Below, in pieces: positions 46,388-58,500 of a stretch of DNA of 64,000 nt. How positions within the stretch are numbered: the first letter of the stretch is position 1; each line of letters begins with the position of its first letter. Below the pieces are notes generated by a model. It had not been told where the DNA came from and did no database searches. It saw only the letters and a list, made by a program, of their open reading frames with translations. Position numbers and translations under genes: made by a program. This DNA is from Epithemia pelagica (lineage: Eukaryota; Protista; Bacillariophyta), in the NCBI GenBank assembly GCA_946965045.2, contig OX337229.1:496001-560000 (forward strand), read 5' to 3'.

Positions 46388-47509
46388 ATGAGGATCCTCG
46401 TGTCGTTGTGGGTGTGCTCCGTGTCCCTCTGGTCGTCGCCAGTCGTAGTCGAAGCGTGGGGCAAGGTGGGACACGAAGCGATTGCCAATGTGGCCTGGAC
46501 CTTGTTGGATTCGTCGACGCAATCGGCGATCCAGCACGTGATTGAGGGGAGTGCCGAACCCACGGTTCGGTCCCATTGTGTGGCACCCTGCAGTCCCTTG
46601 GCCCAAGTCGCCGATTGGGCCGACCTGGCACGCTATACCAAACCCTATCATGACACCTCCACCCTGCATTACATTGACATTCAAGACCAGCAATTGCCGC
46701 CAACGTGTGTTCCAACAACGACCAACAGCATGGGGAATTCCAACGACGACTGTGGCTTTGTCTGGGATCGCGATTGTGTCCACGACCAGTGTGTCGCCGG
46801 AGCCGTTTGGAATTATACCCACCAATTGTTGACGAGCAATCCGCAAGCGCAAAAGGTAGCCCTCTTGTTTACCACGCATTTTATCGGCGACATTCATCAA
46901 CCCCTCCATGTGGCACGCCAATCCGACAAGGGCGGCAATACCATTCATGTCATGGTCCAAAATTGGACGACCAAACGCCAAGAACCAAAGTACTCTCCGC
47001 CTCGAGGTCGTCACGTCACGGCTGGATCGCTCCGACATTCCCATGGTCTCAATTTGCATGCCGTCTGGGATAGTACCCTGATTGAAACCTACTTGGATCT
47101 CCATACGTCACCCAATCGCTCGGCTTGGTCCTCCTTTTGGATGCAACACGACTATGATCGGTCCATCTTGGAAAAAGCCATGCACGAGTGGATTCAAGAG
47201 CAACAACACCACACCAATCTCACCACGACGACATGTCTCGATGGATGGCAGAATCGTTCCTGTGTCTCGGCCTGGGCTCGAGAATCTTGGACCTTGGCCC
47301 GGCGACATGCCTATGTCCATGTCGCGAATCACAGTGCGATTCGGACGCACGATGCCTTGCCGCTCGAATATTATCAAGAGAATTGGCCCCTTGTCTTGCA
47401 ACAATTGTCGGCCGCGGCCGTTCGGCTCGCGGCCACCTTGACGAGCATTTTTTCCGCAACCGCCACTGACCAATGGAGCGAGGTGGAACGAAACACTGCG
47501 ACACCCTAA
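46388..47509 (+). CDS. Secreted S1/P1 nuclease
   Basis: Signal peptide then AWGKVGHEAIA, WAD, LHYID, HFIGDIHQPLH and NLHAVWDS zinc-ligand motifs. Confidence 0.95.
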   Translation: MRILVSLWVCSVSLWSSPVVVEAWGKVGHEAIANVAWTLLDSSTQSAIQHVIEGSAEPTVRSHCVAPCSPLAQVADWADLARYTKPYHDTSTLHYIDIQDQQLPPTCVPTTTNSMGNSNDDCGFVWDRDCVHDQCVAGAVWNYTHQLLTSNPQAQKVALLFTTHFIGDIHQPLHVARQSDKGGNTIHVMVQNWTTKRQEPKYSPPRGRHVTAGSLRHSHGLNLHAVWDSTLIETYLDLHTSPNRSAWSSFWMQHDYDRSILEKAMHEWIQEQQHHTNLTTTTCLDGWQNRSCVSAWARESWTLARRHAYVHVANHSAIRTHDALPLEYYQENWPLVLQQLSAAAVRLAATLTSIFSATATDQWSEVERNTATP

Positions 47510-47834
47510 TACTACTACTCTGTAGAGTCGGACCAACTTTGGTGTGTCCAATGGAACATGTCTCTCCTCACAAGAGAGAAAGAGAGAGTATCTGTCCACA
47601 TCCAGTGTGTGAGAACGTATCTGTCAGAACCCAGTGTGTACATGTAGGATGGGGAATGTGTCGTAGCCCCTTCCTTGTCGCGTATTCTATATACACCAAA
47701 CGAGAAGCTCGTTTCCAGTGTCTGGAGACTGACTCTATATATATATACTACATAAACCATTCATAGAAATCATTTTGACATTGTTAGTTTTGCAAACTCG
47801 GTAAAAATCTTTTTCGTAGGACGGTTTGGTGTTT

Positions 47835-47957
47835 CTAGCGTGATCCGGCAAAGGGATCAAACTGATTGTTGGTGCGTGGTGGTGGTTGTTGTTGGTGCTG
47901 TGAAGTGGGTGCCGTGGGAGGTCCGGCCGCAAAGGGATTGGCCCCACCACCATAGGC

Positions 47958-47997
<40 letters not shown>

Positions 47998-50900
47998 GCG
48001 GGAGGTGGTTGCTGTGGATAATATCCCGTATTGGCATAGCCTGGTTGAGCGGCATACCCCGCTGGTTGTGATGGTGGTTGCTGCGGAGCTGGTTGGTAGG
48101 ATTGTTGGGGTGCTGCTGGTTGTCCGGGATACCCTTGTGCGGCGGGTGGATGTTGTGCTGCTGCTTGTTGGGGCTGGTACGGTGTCGGAGGTGTGGCTTG
48201 TCGAGCAAAGGCCGGTGGTTGTGGCTGGTAGGCTTGTGCTGTCGCGGGTGGTGTCGGTTGTGGTCCGGGTGGAGGAGGACGAGCCATGGGTCCCGGAAAA
48301 CTCCCATATCCAGGAGTACTGGAGGGACCGGTGGGTGTCGTTGTTGTGGTTGCTGCTGCCGGATAGTGGGATGGTTGGGGTGCAACGGCCTGTGGCACGG
48401 CAGCAGTAGCAGCTGGAGCACCGTAGTACGCCTGTTGTTGTGACGCAGGAGGAGGAGCAGTAGCAGCAGGAGGCGTTGGCTGTGGTGGCTGTGGCGGAGG
48501 AGGTCCTCCCGCTGTGGTTGCCACCAGGGCCGGATGGGCCGATTGCGACGAGGCGGAGGATGAATCTCCCGTGGATGTCATGCGTCGTGGTTCCGTCGGT
48601 TGCGTCGCAGTACTATTCGTGGCTGTGGTTCCTCCGACATCCATGGTGTTGAACAATCCCATCAAATCGGAATTGACCGAAGCCGGAGACGGCGTGGAAG
48701 GATCTGCGGCGCCCGCCCCAAATCCAAACAAGTCATCATTGCTGCTCGTTTGAATCGGAACCGGTGGTTGTTGTTGTGCGTGTTGTTGTTGTTGTGCCTG
48801 TCCCGATACCAGAGCGGCCGGTACGGACTGGGGAGGAATTTGGACAATGGTGGCCCGTGCCATGGGATGAAAGGCACCGTGAATTTGTTCAATGGCATCG
48901 GTGGGCTTGACCTTGACCATTTTTTCCAATTTGGGTTTCTTAGAGGGAGGAATGGTCAAATCACGACGTTTCTTGGCGCACAATCGTCGAATGGCCCACA
49001 ACTTGGATCGATCCACCAACATGTTGAACAAGACGGAAGCACTGCTTCGCATATCTTGGGCAACACCACCCCGCATGTGTTCGTAATACTTGAGGGCACG
49101 AATCTTGTCCAAACCGTCCGTCGCTTCGGCCACGGCCGCCAATGGACCATGGTACAAGAGATTCTTCAAGATTTGCATGGCCAAATATCCATGCTTCCAT
49201 TGCATACCTGATTCACAATAAATGGATACACGAAATTCAACAATTTCCATGAGAATACACACAAACACGCCGTGTCACACGACAACCAACAACAAAACAC
49301 AACACTCGGTTTGTCATTTCGTACCTTTGGAATCTCGCAGCCGCAACCAAATGACCGACATGACATCAAACAGGACCGAGGAGGATTCTCGACATTGTTC
49401 GACCAATTGTGCAATGGCCCGTCCGGAATCTCCTTCAAAGGCCTTATTACTGGTCAAAGACATGGCCATGCGTCGAGCATTGGTTTGCAAGAGACCCGTC
49501 AAGCGTCCGGGATTGGCCTGCGCCACTTGTCGCGCGACGCGGCGGACCGAGGGAATGGTAAAGTCAATGCTGTGTTGTCGATGGTATTGGGCACATTGGG
49601 AAAAGAGGGGCGCATCGGGCGTGGACACGACCAGGCGGAGTCGAATTTCTTCGACGCGCGCCTTGGCAAATTCCTGAAACATTTGCGTTTGACAAAAGTT
49701 TTGCAAGAGTGGCCAAATGGCCGATCCTTGGCCATCGCCCGCCTTGCGTTTGGCGTCCAAAAACCGATTGTGATCCAATTGCGGCAATTGACCCTGGGCC
49801 GGAACCGTCAAGTACCAACGCATATTGCCAATCATGGCCAAGAAAAAGACGGTAAAGGCCAAGCGAACTTCCTGTTCGCCCACTTCATTGTGACAACCTT
49901 CGGTAAAAATGTAATCGTCCGCCACTGACGAGGTTTCTCCCCCCACACCACCCGTGCCATCGTCCGTTCTCGTGGCGGCCGTGTCGTCCTGCTCCGTACT
50001 CGTGGCTTCTTCCACGTCATTCGAGGACGACGACGAGGTGCCCTTGATGCGCTTTTTCAATTTGGAAAATCCCGACTTGATGGCCTTGGCCGCCTTGCCG
50101 GCCGTTTCTCCGACATTGGTCAAGGTGGATCCTTCGCCAATCAAGGCTTTCTTGTCCGTTTTGAGAATTTCCAACAAATCTTGGGCCAAAAATTCCGAAG
50201 CCGATGGGGGAACATCCCGGTCTCGTTTCAAGGGCGACATGCCGCCAGCGCCAGCTCCACTGCTGCTTTCATTGTAATAATTGGGATCGGCACTGGAAAA
50301 CAAATCGGGCAATCGTTGGGCCACGACTTGTTGGGGAATGTTGCGGGTTTCCATGGCATTGGTATCCAAATTCACCAACAGCACTTCGCCCAAGCCATCC
50401 GTGTGATCCAATTTGCGGGCGGCAGCCGACGTTAAAATGCCAATCAAGTAGGGATAGGGGGCGGCCAAATATTGCCACAAGTGCGGTGGCAAGACGGGAA
50501 TGTACAAGTGTTGCCATTGCAACAACCCGCAGCGAAGCATGGCCAAGGCGGCATGGGAACACGTCGACAGTCGGGTGGGACTGGAACTCGTGAGAATAAT
50601 GCGACGTTCCGACAAGAGGGCCGACAAAATGCGCAAGGCATGAGCGACGCCAATACACCGCAACAGCGGCAAGACGGAACTGGTCGAATCGGCCGTCGAT
50701 GTCGTGGACGCTGCAGCGTCCCGGGGGCCTTGCTGCACCAAGAGGGAGGTGGGAATGAGAAAGCGATGGACATCTTGGTGGGCAAAGATCGTCGACTGTT
50801 GCAATTCCAAGCCCGTCAAATTGGCAATCAAGGGTTTGCCCCGTTCTTCCATGGGGCGTTGTTGATAATGGGCCGCCATGCGTTGTTGTTCGTGATACAA

Positions 50901-51689
50901 GCAATGCAAAAAGGCTTGTTCGGCCGAGTCGCCACTGCTGCTACCGAACGAGCGCTGCAATTCCGGACGCAAGGCCTTGTGCAAAGACGTCAAGGCGTCA
51001 ATCGATCTGTAAATATAGAAATCATTCGGAGCATGTCGAGTGGTCATAGCAAAAAAATAACAATCCAACAAAAAAGGCAATGGCATGGTCAAGAGAGTGA
51101 GACAACCAAACCCAAACAAACACAACAACAACAAACCCCAATAAACACGACAACATCCCGTTCCAACGTACTTGAGCATGGCTTGATACAATTGTCCGGC
51201 CCCGGCCGATTGGGTCAAGAGCACGAGAGCGCGTTCGCCGCGGCGTCCGACATCGTACCGCATGGCCGCTTTGGGGTGCAAGGGCAAACTCCGTCGGACA
51301 TGACCATACCAGCGTCGACCATCCTGCAATTGCAAGGTAAAGGTAAAACTGCTAAAGGATTTGGGTTGCATGGCATATTGATCGTACCGATTCACCACCA
51401 TGTGCTGAAAGAGGGCCGTCGTTTGACCCGCTGCCGTTGCTCGTCCCGCCGGTTGCAACAAGGCTTCGTCGTATTCGGGAAAACAAAAGGCCGACAATTG
51501 ATTCAAGACTTTGGGGTGTGGTTGTCCCGTATTGACCTGATGCGGTGCTGGAAGAACGACCAAGGGGGGACAGGATTTGGACGCGGCGGGATGAGGAACG
51601 GAACAAAAGTATTCAAACAAGGGAGGAGCTGCTGCCGCCGTCGTAGGAGGAGCAGCCGCCGTAGGAGGAGTGGAGACCTCGGTTGCCAT
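47835..51689 (-). CDS. DENN-domain + ENTH-domain endocytic protein, 3 exons (51689-51172, 51006-49325, 49207-47835)
   Basis: DENN motifs LSAFCFP, FTFTLQLQDG, ILSALLSERRIILTS, LYIPVLPP...LAAPYPYLIG. ENTH-like DVMSVIWLRLRDSK|GMQWKHGYLAMQILKNLL. Introns at 51171-51007 and 49324-49208. Confidence 0.85.
47964..47996. repeat. (GTT)n microsatellite encoding polyQ in the DENN-ENTH tail
   Basis: Uninterrupted ttg/gtt run. Confidence 0.8.
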
Positions 51690-52355
51690 TTTCTCTCTCT
51701 CTCTTTCTCTTCTTCTTGGGTATAGTTTGTCTCTCTCTCCAGACAGGAGACCAACAGAGATCCTACTGTTGTGTGCAGACAACACAAACACAAGGAGCGA
51801 GAGAGTTCAACGGGTCTTTTTGGTGCTCGCTTTGACCATAGATTGGTTGCGCAGTTTTTTGGCGTACGTAGTCCGTAGTTCTATATTCGCCCTCCAACAT
51901 AAAAAACTAGGAGTACCTATGAAACCTATGCGTTTGGGCCACAAAATCCTTCTTGCCCGTCGGTCGCGGAAAAGTCCCGCGGGTTTGAGAAAAGATCCTT
52001 TTCCGCGGCGGGATGGATCTTTCTTCGGAGTGATCTTGCGGGATTGAAAGATCTTGAGTACCACGTCCGAGCAGCAGTGCGCGTTTGACTGTAATCATCT
52101 TTCGTCATCTTTTCCGTCGGCAACGATTCTTTTCGATTCGTTGTCCACCATCTTACAAAAAGCAAGCAATCATCAACAAGCAAGAGATTGCAGTTTTGGT
52201 GTAAATCTTCTTGTTTCCTAGCTCTAGACGTTGAATTTGCAACGACAACAGTTCAGGCGGTCCAGTCTACTAGTAGTTTGGCGTGTGAAAGACCTCTGTT
52301 GCATCCTAACTACACTTGGATTTATTATAATATTCATTCGACCAATCTCCAAATC

Positions 52356-55300
52356 ATGTGGGCGGCCATTTCCAGACGACACAGACCCACCGGTTCGTAT
52401 CGATCGATACCGACCGCTTCCCTATCATCGTCAACATCAACCCACGGAGTTGTTCGTCGACGAAGATTACCCCGAGCAACGGGGGATCTTCTTGGAGGGA
52501 TCCAGAAAGATTCATCATCATCATCGTTTTCACGACCGCACCAATGGCCATGTGCGGCGGGAATGTCCAGTTGGGATGAATCTGAACGTTTGTACCAAGA
52601 AGAGGAGGATCATGCCAATCGTCGTCGATTGGTTGCTTCTACTGCAAGGCCCGCCACACAACTACAGAGGGACCATGGAACGAACCTTTGGGGGAAGCCA
52701 TCGAAACGTGCTACTACTACTGCATCCTGGAATCCATACCAACTGCAACGCAATCCTGGGACTCGATACCTGGCGAGAGGATTGTCTTCTTTGGGGATTC
52801 TTCAAGGACAAGATACCTCGTTCATGAATTTGTTGGTCTCTCCCACCAGCACGGCTGCCTTGTCCTCGCGTTTAGCTATTTCCTTCTTTTCGACATCCAC
52901 CACAACGACCACCACAACCACAACGAATCCTCCTCCTCCTCCGCCACCACCGCCACCTCCCAAACACAACCACACGACCAAGAACAACAGCTCGACCCAA
53001 TTAAAGGTGAAAGTGCCGAGTCGCAGTTTGGCCCGGTCCAAAATTCCCACACCCAATTCGGCTCCGCCTGTGGAAGACAATCCCTTGGCCAATTTGCCCG
53101 AACCCAAATCGCTCTTGCGCAAAGGAACGGAATTGCTCTGGTGGGCTTGTTCGTCGCTGGTGCGTTTTGTCCTGCTCTTGCCGTCCAATACCTATTGGTA
53201 TGCCGTCCATCCCGCGGAACGACGGGCCGCCTGGAGCAAGGTCCACGACGTGATTCAACACGAAGTCCATCATTATTGGATGGGCACCAAACTGTTGTGG
53301 GCCGATGTACGGACGGCGCGGGATTTGCTCTTTAAAATGTTGCGCGGTCATGCCTTGACGCGACGGGAACGCAAACAATTGCTCCGCACCACGTCCGACT
53401 TGTTTCGCCTCGTGCCCTTTTCCATGTTTGTCATTATCCCATTCATGGAATTTGCCCTGCCCTTTGCCCTGCGCATCTTTCCCAATTTACTGCCCAGTAC
53501 CTTTCAAGATTCACTCAAGGCGGAAGAAAACATGAAACGGGAAGTCAAATCCCGAATTGCCATGGCGCAATTCTTTCAAGAAACGCTGGAAGAATTGGCC
53601 AAGGAACAAAAACGCAAGGCACGTCGCCGCAAGGAAGAATTGATGGAAGCCGGCGTTTCGTCCGAAGATGACGACACCATTGACGAACAAGAAGATTCGG
53701 CCGCCAGCATGTTGGAATTTCTTCAAAAGGCGCAAAGTGGCGAAATGATTCCCCCCAATGTCATTATCCGCTACGCCAAATACTTTCAAGACGATTTGAC
53801 CTTGGACAATATGCCGCGCATGCAACTCATCAACATGTGCAAATACATGGCCATTCCACCCTACGGGACCGATGCCTTTTTGCGCTTTCAATTGCGCCAC
53901 CGCATTCGCGTCTTAAAAGAAGACGATCAACGCATTTTGTGGGAAGGCATTGATTCCTTGACCAAAATGGAATTGCGCGAGGCCTGTCAAGAACGGGGCA
54001 TGCGGTCTACCGGGTTGTCCAAGGATGCCTACAAAAATGCCCTCCAACAATGGCTCGATCTCTCCGTCAACAAAAATGTTCCCATTGCCCTTCTCGTCAT
54101 GAGCCGCACCTTTTTTCTCCGCGAGGACATGTTCCAACCCAATCGCGCCGCCCCCACCACTCTGGCCGGTGGGACGGCCGATTCCCAAGCGGCTGACAGT
54201 GGCATTACCGGCTTGGCCGATACCATTTCGGGCTTGGATAAGGAAGTGTTGAATGAAGTCATTTTGCAAGTGGCCACGTCCGAAGAAAAGAAATCGGATC
54301 CCACCATTCAAAAACTCAAACTGGAAGTGTTGGATCAACAAAATGAACTCATTCGAGAAGAACAGGAAGCCCGAGAAGCGGCGGCAGCCCTCAAAAAGTT
54401 GCAACATCAACCCACCGACGATGTGGAACCTGTCGTACTGAGCGATTCGAGTCTTGTCGGTGCCACCACCACGGCCACTCACACTACCAAAACAACCACG
54501 ACGACGGGAGTGAGTGCCGATGGTCGGGCCACGACCGAGGCACGAACGTTGGACGAAACCATGGAGTCCTTGGAACCGCCATTGTCATCCTCAGCCGATG
54601 CGTCTGTCCCATCGACATCTGCCACCATGGAAGCCGAAAAGTTTGTCGTCGAAGACGAAGAGAGAGATCTCTCGGCCGAGGAAATGGATGCCCTGCGACA
54701 CTTGTTGAGTGACGATCCCGTCAGTAAAGAACGGGAGGATTTGGCCAAGTTGAAGGCCGACTTGGAAGGTGGTGGGGACACTGCAAAGGAATCCTCCAAG
54801 GCCGAGGACGAGGCCATGGGAGCGACAATCACCGATGCAACCCACGGCGTGGTAAGTGACGCACTGGGGACCATGGATACCCTCGTCGAGGGCTCCTCCA
54901 CGGCGGCGGCGGCGGCGGCAAGTCCCTTGACGTCGACCGATTTGTACAAGGTGCAGACCAAGGTGGAAAGTCCGACTGCCAGCATGCCACCAATAACAGA
55001 GGTTTCCCAGGAACAAGACGAAGAGTTTAGCGAAGATCCCATTGTGCAACGCCTCAAGAAACGAATTGAATCCATGGTGGACAAGATTGAGGTGCAACTA
55101 TCGGATGTCCAGGTAAAGATTGGTGACAAATTACACTTTTTGGATAAGGACCGGGATGGAATATTATCACGGGAAGAGGTGGCATCCGTTCTGCAGCAAG
55201 TTTTTAAGCGAAAAATCACATTTGAAGAAGCAATGGAGATTACATGTGATATGGTAAGCAGTGAGAACATTAGTATTACAAAACTGTCTATGTTTGAGAT

Positions 55301-55504
55301 TTGCAAGTCTGAACAATGCTTCGTTATGCTTTTCAGGATGGGAATCAGGACGGATTCTTTTCTGTTGAAGAACTCTTGCGGTGGATCGACGAAACGAGAC
55401 TCGTGAAATTTGTTGAAGAAGGACGAGAAGCGGAGATGGACCGAATAATAAAAAATCAGGTATCCGAGCCGCAAAAAGACAGCGGGGATACCAAGCAATC
55501 CTAG
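52356..55504 (+). CDS. LETM1: LETM1/Mdm38 mitochondrial inner-membrane protein with EF-hands, intron 55254-55336
   Basis: HHYWMGTKLLWAD, RRERKQLLRTTSDLFRLVPFSMFVIIPFMEFALP, ELREACQERGMR; EF-hands DKDRDGILSREE and DGNQDGFFSVEE. Confidence 0.95.
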
Positions 55505-55539
55505 AACACATAACACACACTTGATAGAGAAACATCTTT

Positions 55540-58500
55540 TCAACCTTGCGCACAAGTATCCAGATCGGCCATACATGAGTAGCACACAAATCGATCGGGT
55601 GCCTGCTGTAGTTGGTAGCACGCCTGATGTGCTGTATTGAAGCAAAGCTCGCAACACATGAGTTCTCCGCCATCCAAGCAGACAGAACAAACGGATCTGT
55701 AATCACCATTCCACAAAGGAACATTCATATCATTTGCGCGTTGAAGCGTGACACGAACTCGCCCTTCGTAGGACATTTCCTTGAGCGTCGGAGGGCAGTG
55801 ATCTCCGGGAGGCATTGACGTGGGCTCGGCCGCAACCAGTGCTGTAGCTTCTGAAATACACAGATCTAGTACCTCCAACTCCAAAAAGAAGGCAGCCCAT
55901 GACATTTCCGAAAGAAAATGCTGGAAAACCGACCAACCCTGTCCCTCTGCCTTCCACCATTCTGGGAACTTACTCTTGTCTAGAGAACTCACAAGAACCA
56001 CAAGAGCCTGAAACAATGTTTCTTTGCACGAAGCTTCTTTCACAACCAACGCCCAGCTTGCCCTTTCCAAACCACCCACATTTCGTAAAGAAGGGTGCGA
56101 CGTCGCAAAAAAGCCATCCGGACAGACGGAAATAATTTCCAACAACATTGAGCGTCCTGCATCAACTAACGACGCGGGGTTCCCATCCCACAGTAAGGGA
56201 GATTCGTCAATGACAAGGCCTCCATGCATGGTGTTACACGCATTTCTATATGCACCACACTCCATACAATCCATTCGCTCCGTTTTATTGACGTCCACGA
56301 CGTATGGTTCTACCTGTTCTACGGTTCCCACGTCTCCCAAACTCGTCGTCCGATCTTGCACTTCAGTCTCAGCATTCCTTGACTTCAAAGGCGAGTAGCA
56401 GTGTACCCGAGATACAATTTGCAACAAGCTTCGCACATCAACTTGCACACGTTCATCTTGCTCCGACAGGGCGTTTTGCACTTCTTCACTCGACAACTCG
56501 TTACCAATGAAGACATGTTCACCATCCGATGTTCTTGTAAAAAACTGGTCAAATCCTGGCCACAACGAAGAGACTGTCTCTGATAAAGCTTTAAGTAAAT
56601 CTCGAATCGAATCACCAACAAGGCGTCTGAGAGCAGGGCGTCCACAGCTGGCACTAGCAGTTTCCAATTCAACGCTACGCAATGAACGTCCATGTACTGG
56701 CAACTGGTTGACATACAGGGCCTTTGGGTCACTTCCGAACCAGTGTACTCTGCGTCCGTCGGACAAGAAACCACAAAGTCTGGATTCTGCTGGTGCACTC
56801 GGAGAGCTAGCTGTCTTGGAGCTACAAGAAGTACGGTTGTTTTGTTCTTGTATGTGTTGCTGCGGATCGACAGGCATCGTGCTGCTTTCCATGTCAACAG
56901 GTGCTTCACGAGCTTCGAGTTCAGTTGATGCATTTTGCCCCGAATTGGCGTTCTCAGTAGACTTAGCCTTATCAACAGTGTCATCATTCGTTGTATGAGT
57001 ATCCACGACAAGTTGTTCGTGTATGTGTGGCTGCTGATCGACAGGCATCGTGATCGTGCTGCTTTCCATGTCAACGTGTGCTTCACAAGCTGCGAGTTCA
57101 GTTGATGCATTTTGCCCCGAATTGGCGTTCTCAGTAGACTTAGCCGTATCAACAGTGTTATCATTCGTTGTATGAGTATCCACGACAAGTTGTTCGTGTA
57201 TGTGTGGCTGCTGATCGACAGGCATCGTTATCGTGCTGCTTTCCATGTCAACATGTGCTTCACGAGCTTCGAGTTCAGTTGATACACTTTGCCCCAAATT
57301 GGCGTTCCCAGTAGACTTAGCCGTATCAACAGTGTTATCATTCGTTGTATGAGTATCCACGACAAGTTGTTCGTGTATGTGTGGCTGCTGATCAACAGGC
57401 ATCGTGATCGTGCTGCTTTCCATGTCAACGTGTGCTTCACAAGCTGCGAGTTCAGTTGATGCATTTTGCCCCGAATTGGCTTTCTCAGTAGACTTAGCCG
57501 TATCAACAGTGTTATCATTCGTTGTATGAGTATCCACGACAAGTTGTTCGTGTATGTGGGGCTGCTGATCGACAGGCATCGTGATCGTGCTGCTTTCCAT
57601 GTCAACGTGTGCTTCACAAGCTGCGAGTTCAGTTGATGCATTTTGCCCCGAATTGGCTTTCTCAGTAGACTTAGCCGTATCAACAGTGTTATCATTCATT
57701 GTATGAGTATCCACGACAAGTTGTTCGTGTATGTGTGGCTGCTGATCGACAGGCATCGTGATCGTGCTGCTTTCCATGTCAACATGTGCTTCACGAGCTT
57801 CGAGTTCAGTTGATACACTTTGCCCCAAATTGGCGTTCCCAGTAGACTTAACCGTATCAACAGTGTTATCATTCATTGTATGAGTATCCACGACAGGTTG
57901 GGCTTTGGCTGAGCGTTCCTTTTTCGGCTGCATTGCTTCTGCTTTAAGGAAGTCCTGCTCTTTGATAGAACCAGACACAACGATGGAAAGTTCCCGAGCT
58001 TCCCACTTGAACGGTTTCGACGGGATGGCCCCAAAACCTGATATAAAAACTACATCGACGAGAACTTTCTTTTCACCTGTGCGTTTACATACTCTGCCAA
58101 TGAGTTCCGAAACATTCCGTATAGAATTATCCTCTGATAGCTTGGCACGTCCACATACAACCTGTCCGTCCCAGTCCGACTCAGGAAGGTCGACAAGGAG
58201 TCTCGGCACAATGTTGGGCTCAGGCCCTCCTCCTCGAACACGAAATACACGTGGATTCAATATACGTGCATTAATTTGAGCAGCGAATGGATGCACAATA
58301 TCTTCGTAAGGATGGATGTTGGCTCGAGCATCAAGGTCTGTAATCCCAATGCAAGGAAACGTTAAACCACGCATATTGTGACAATTATAAAGAGCCCGCG
58401 CAAACGACTTACATTCTTCAATGATACGGTCAATTGGACATCGCACGACGGGCATCCTATACTGAAACGCTGCACAGAATAATTAAGAGAACAAATGAGA

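Noticed and set aside
51007-51171. Apparent transmembrane segment inside the DENN ORF
   Set aside because: It is a 165-nt GT-AG intron that happens to be stop-free and in frame.
50472-51725. Long antisense ORFs (417 aa here; also 9267-10241, 10993-12027, 54479-55690, 43146-44078)
   Set aside because: They are shadows of real genes on the opposite strand with no recognisable motifs.
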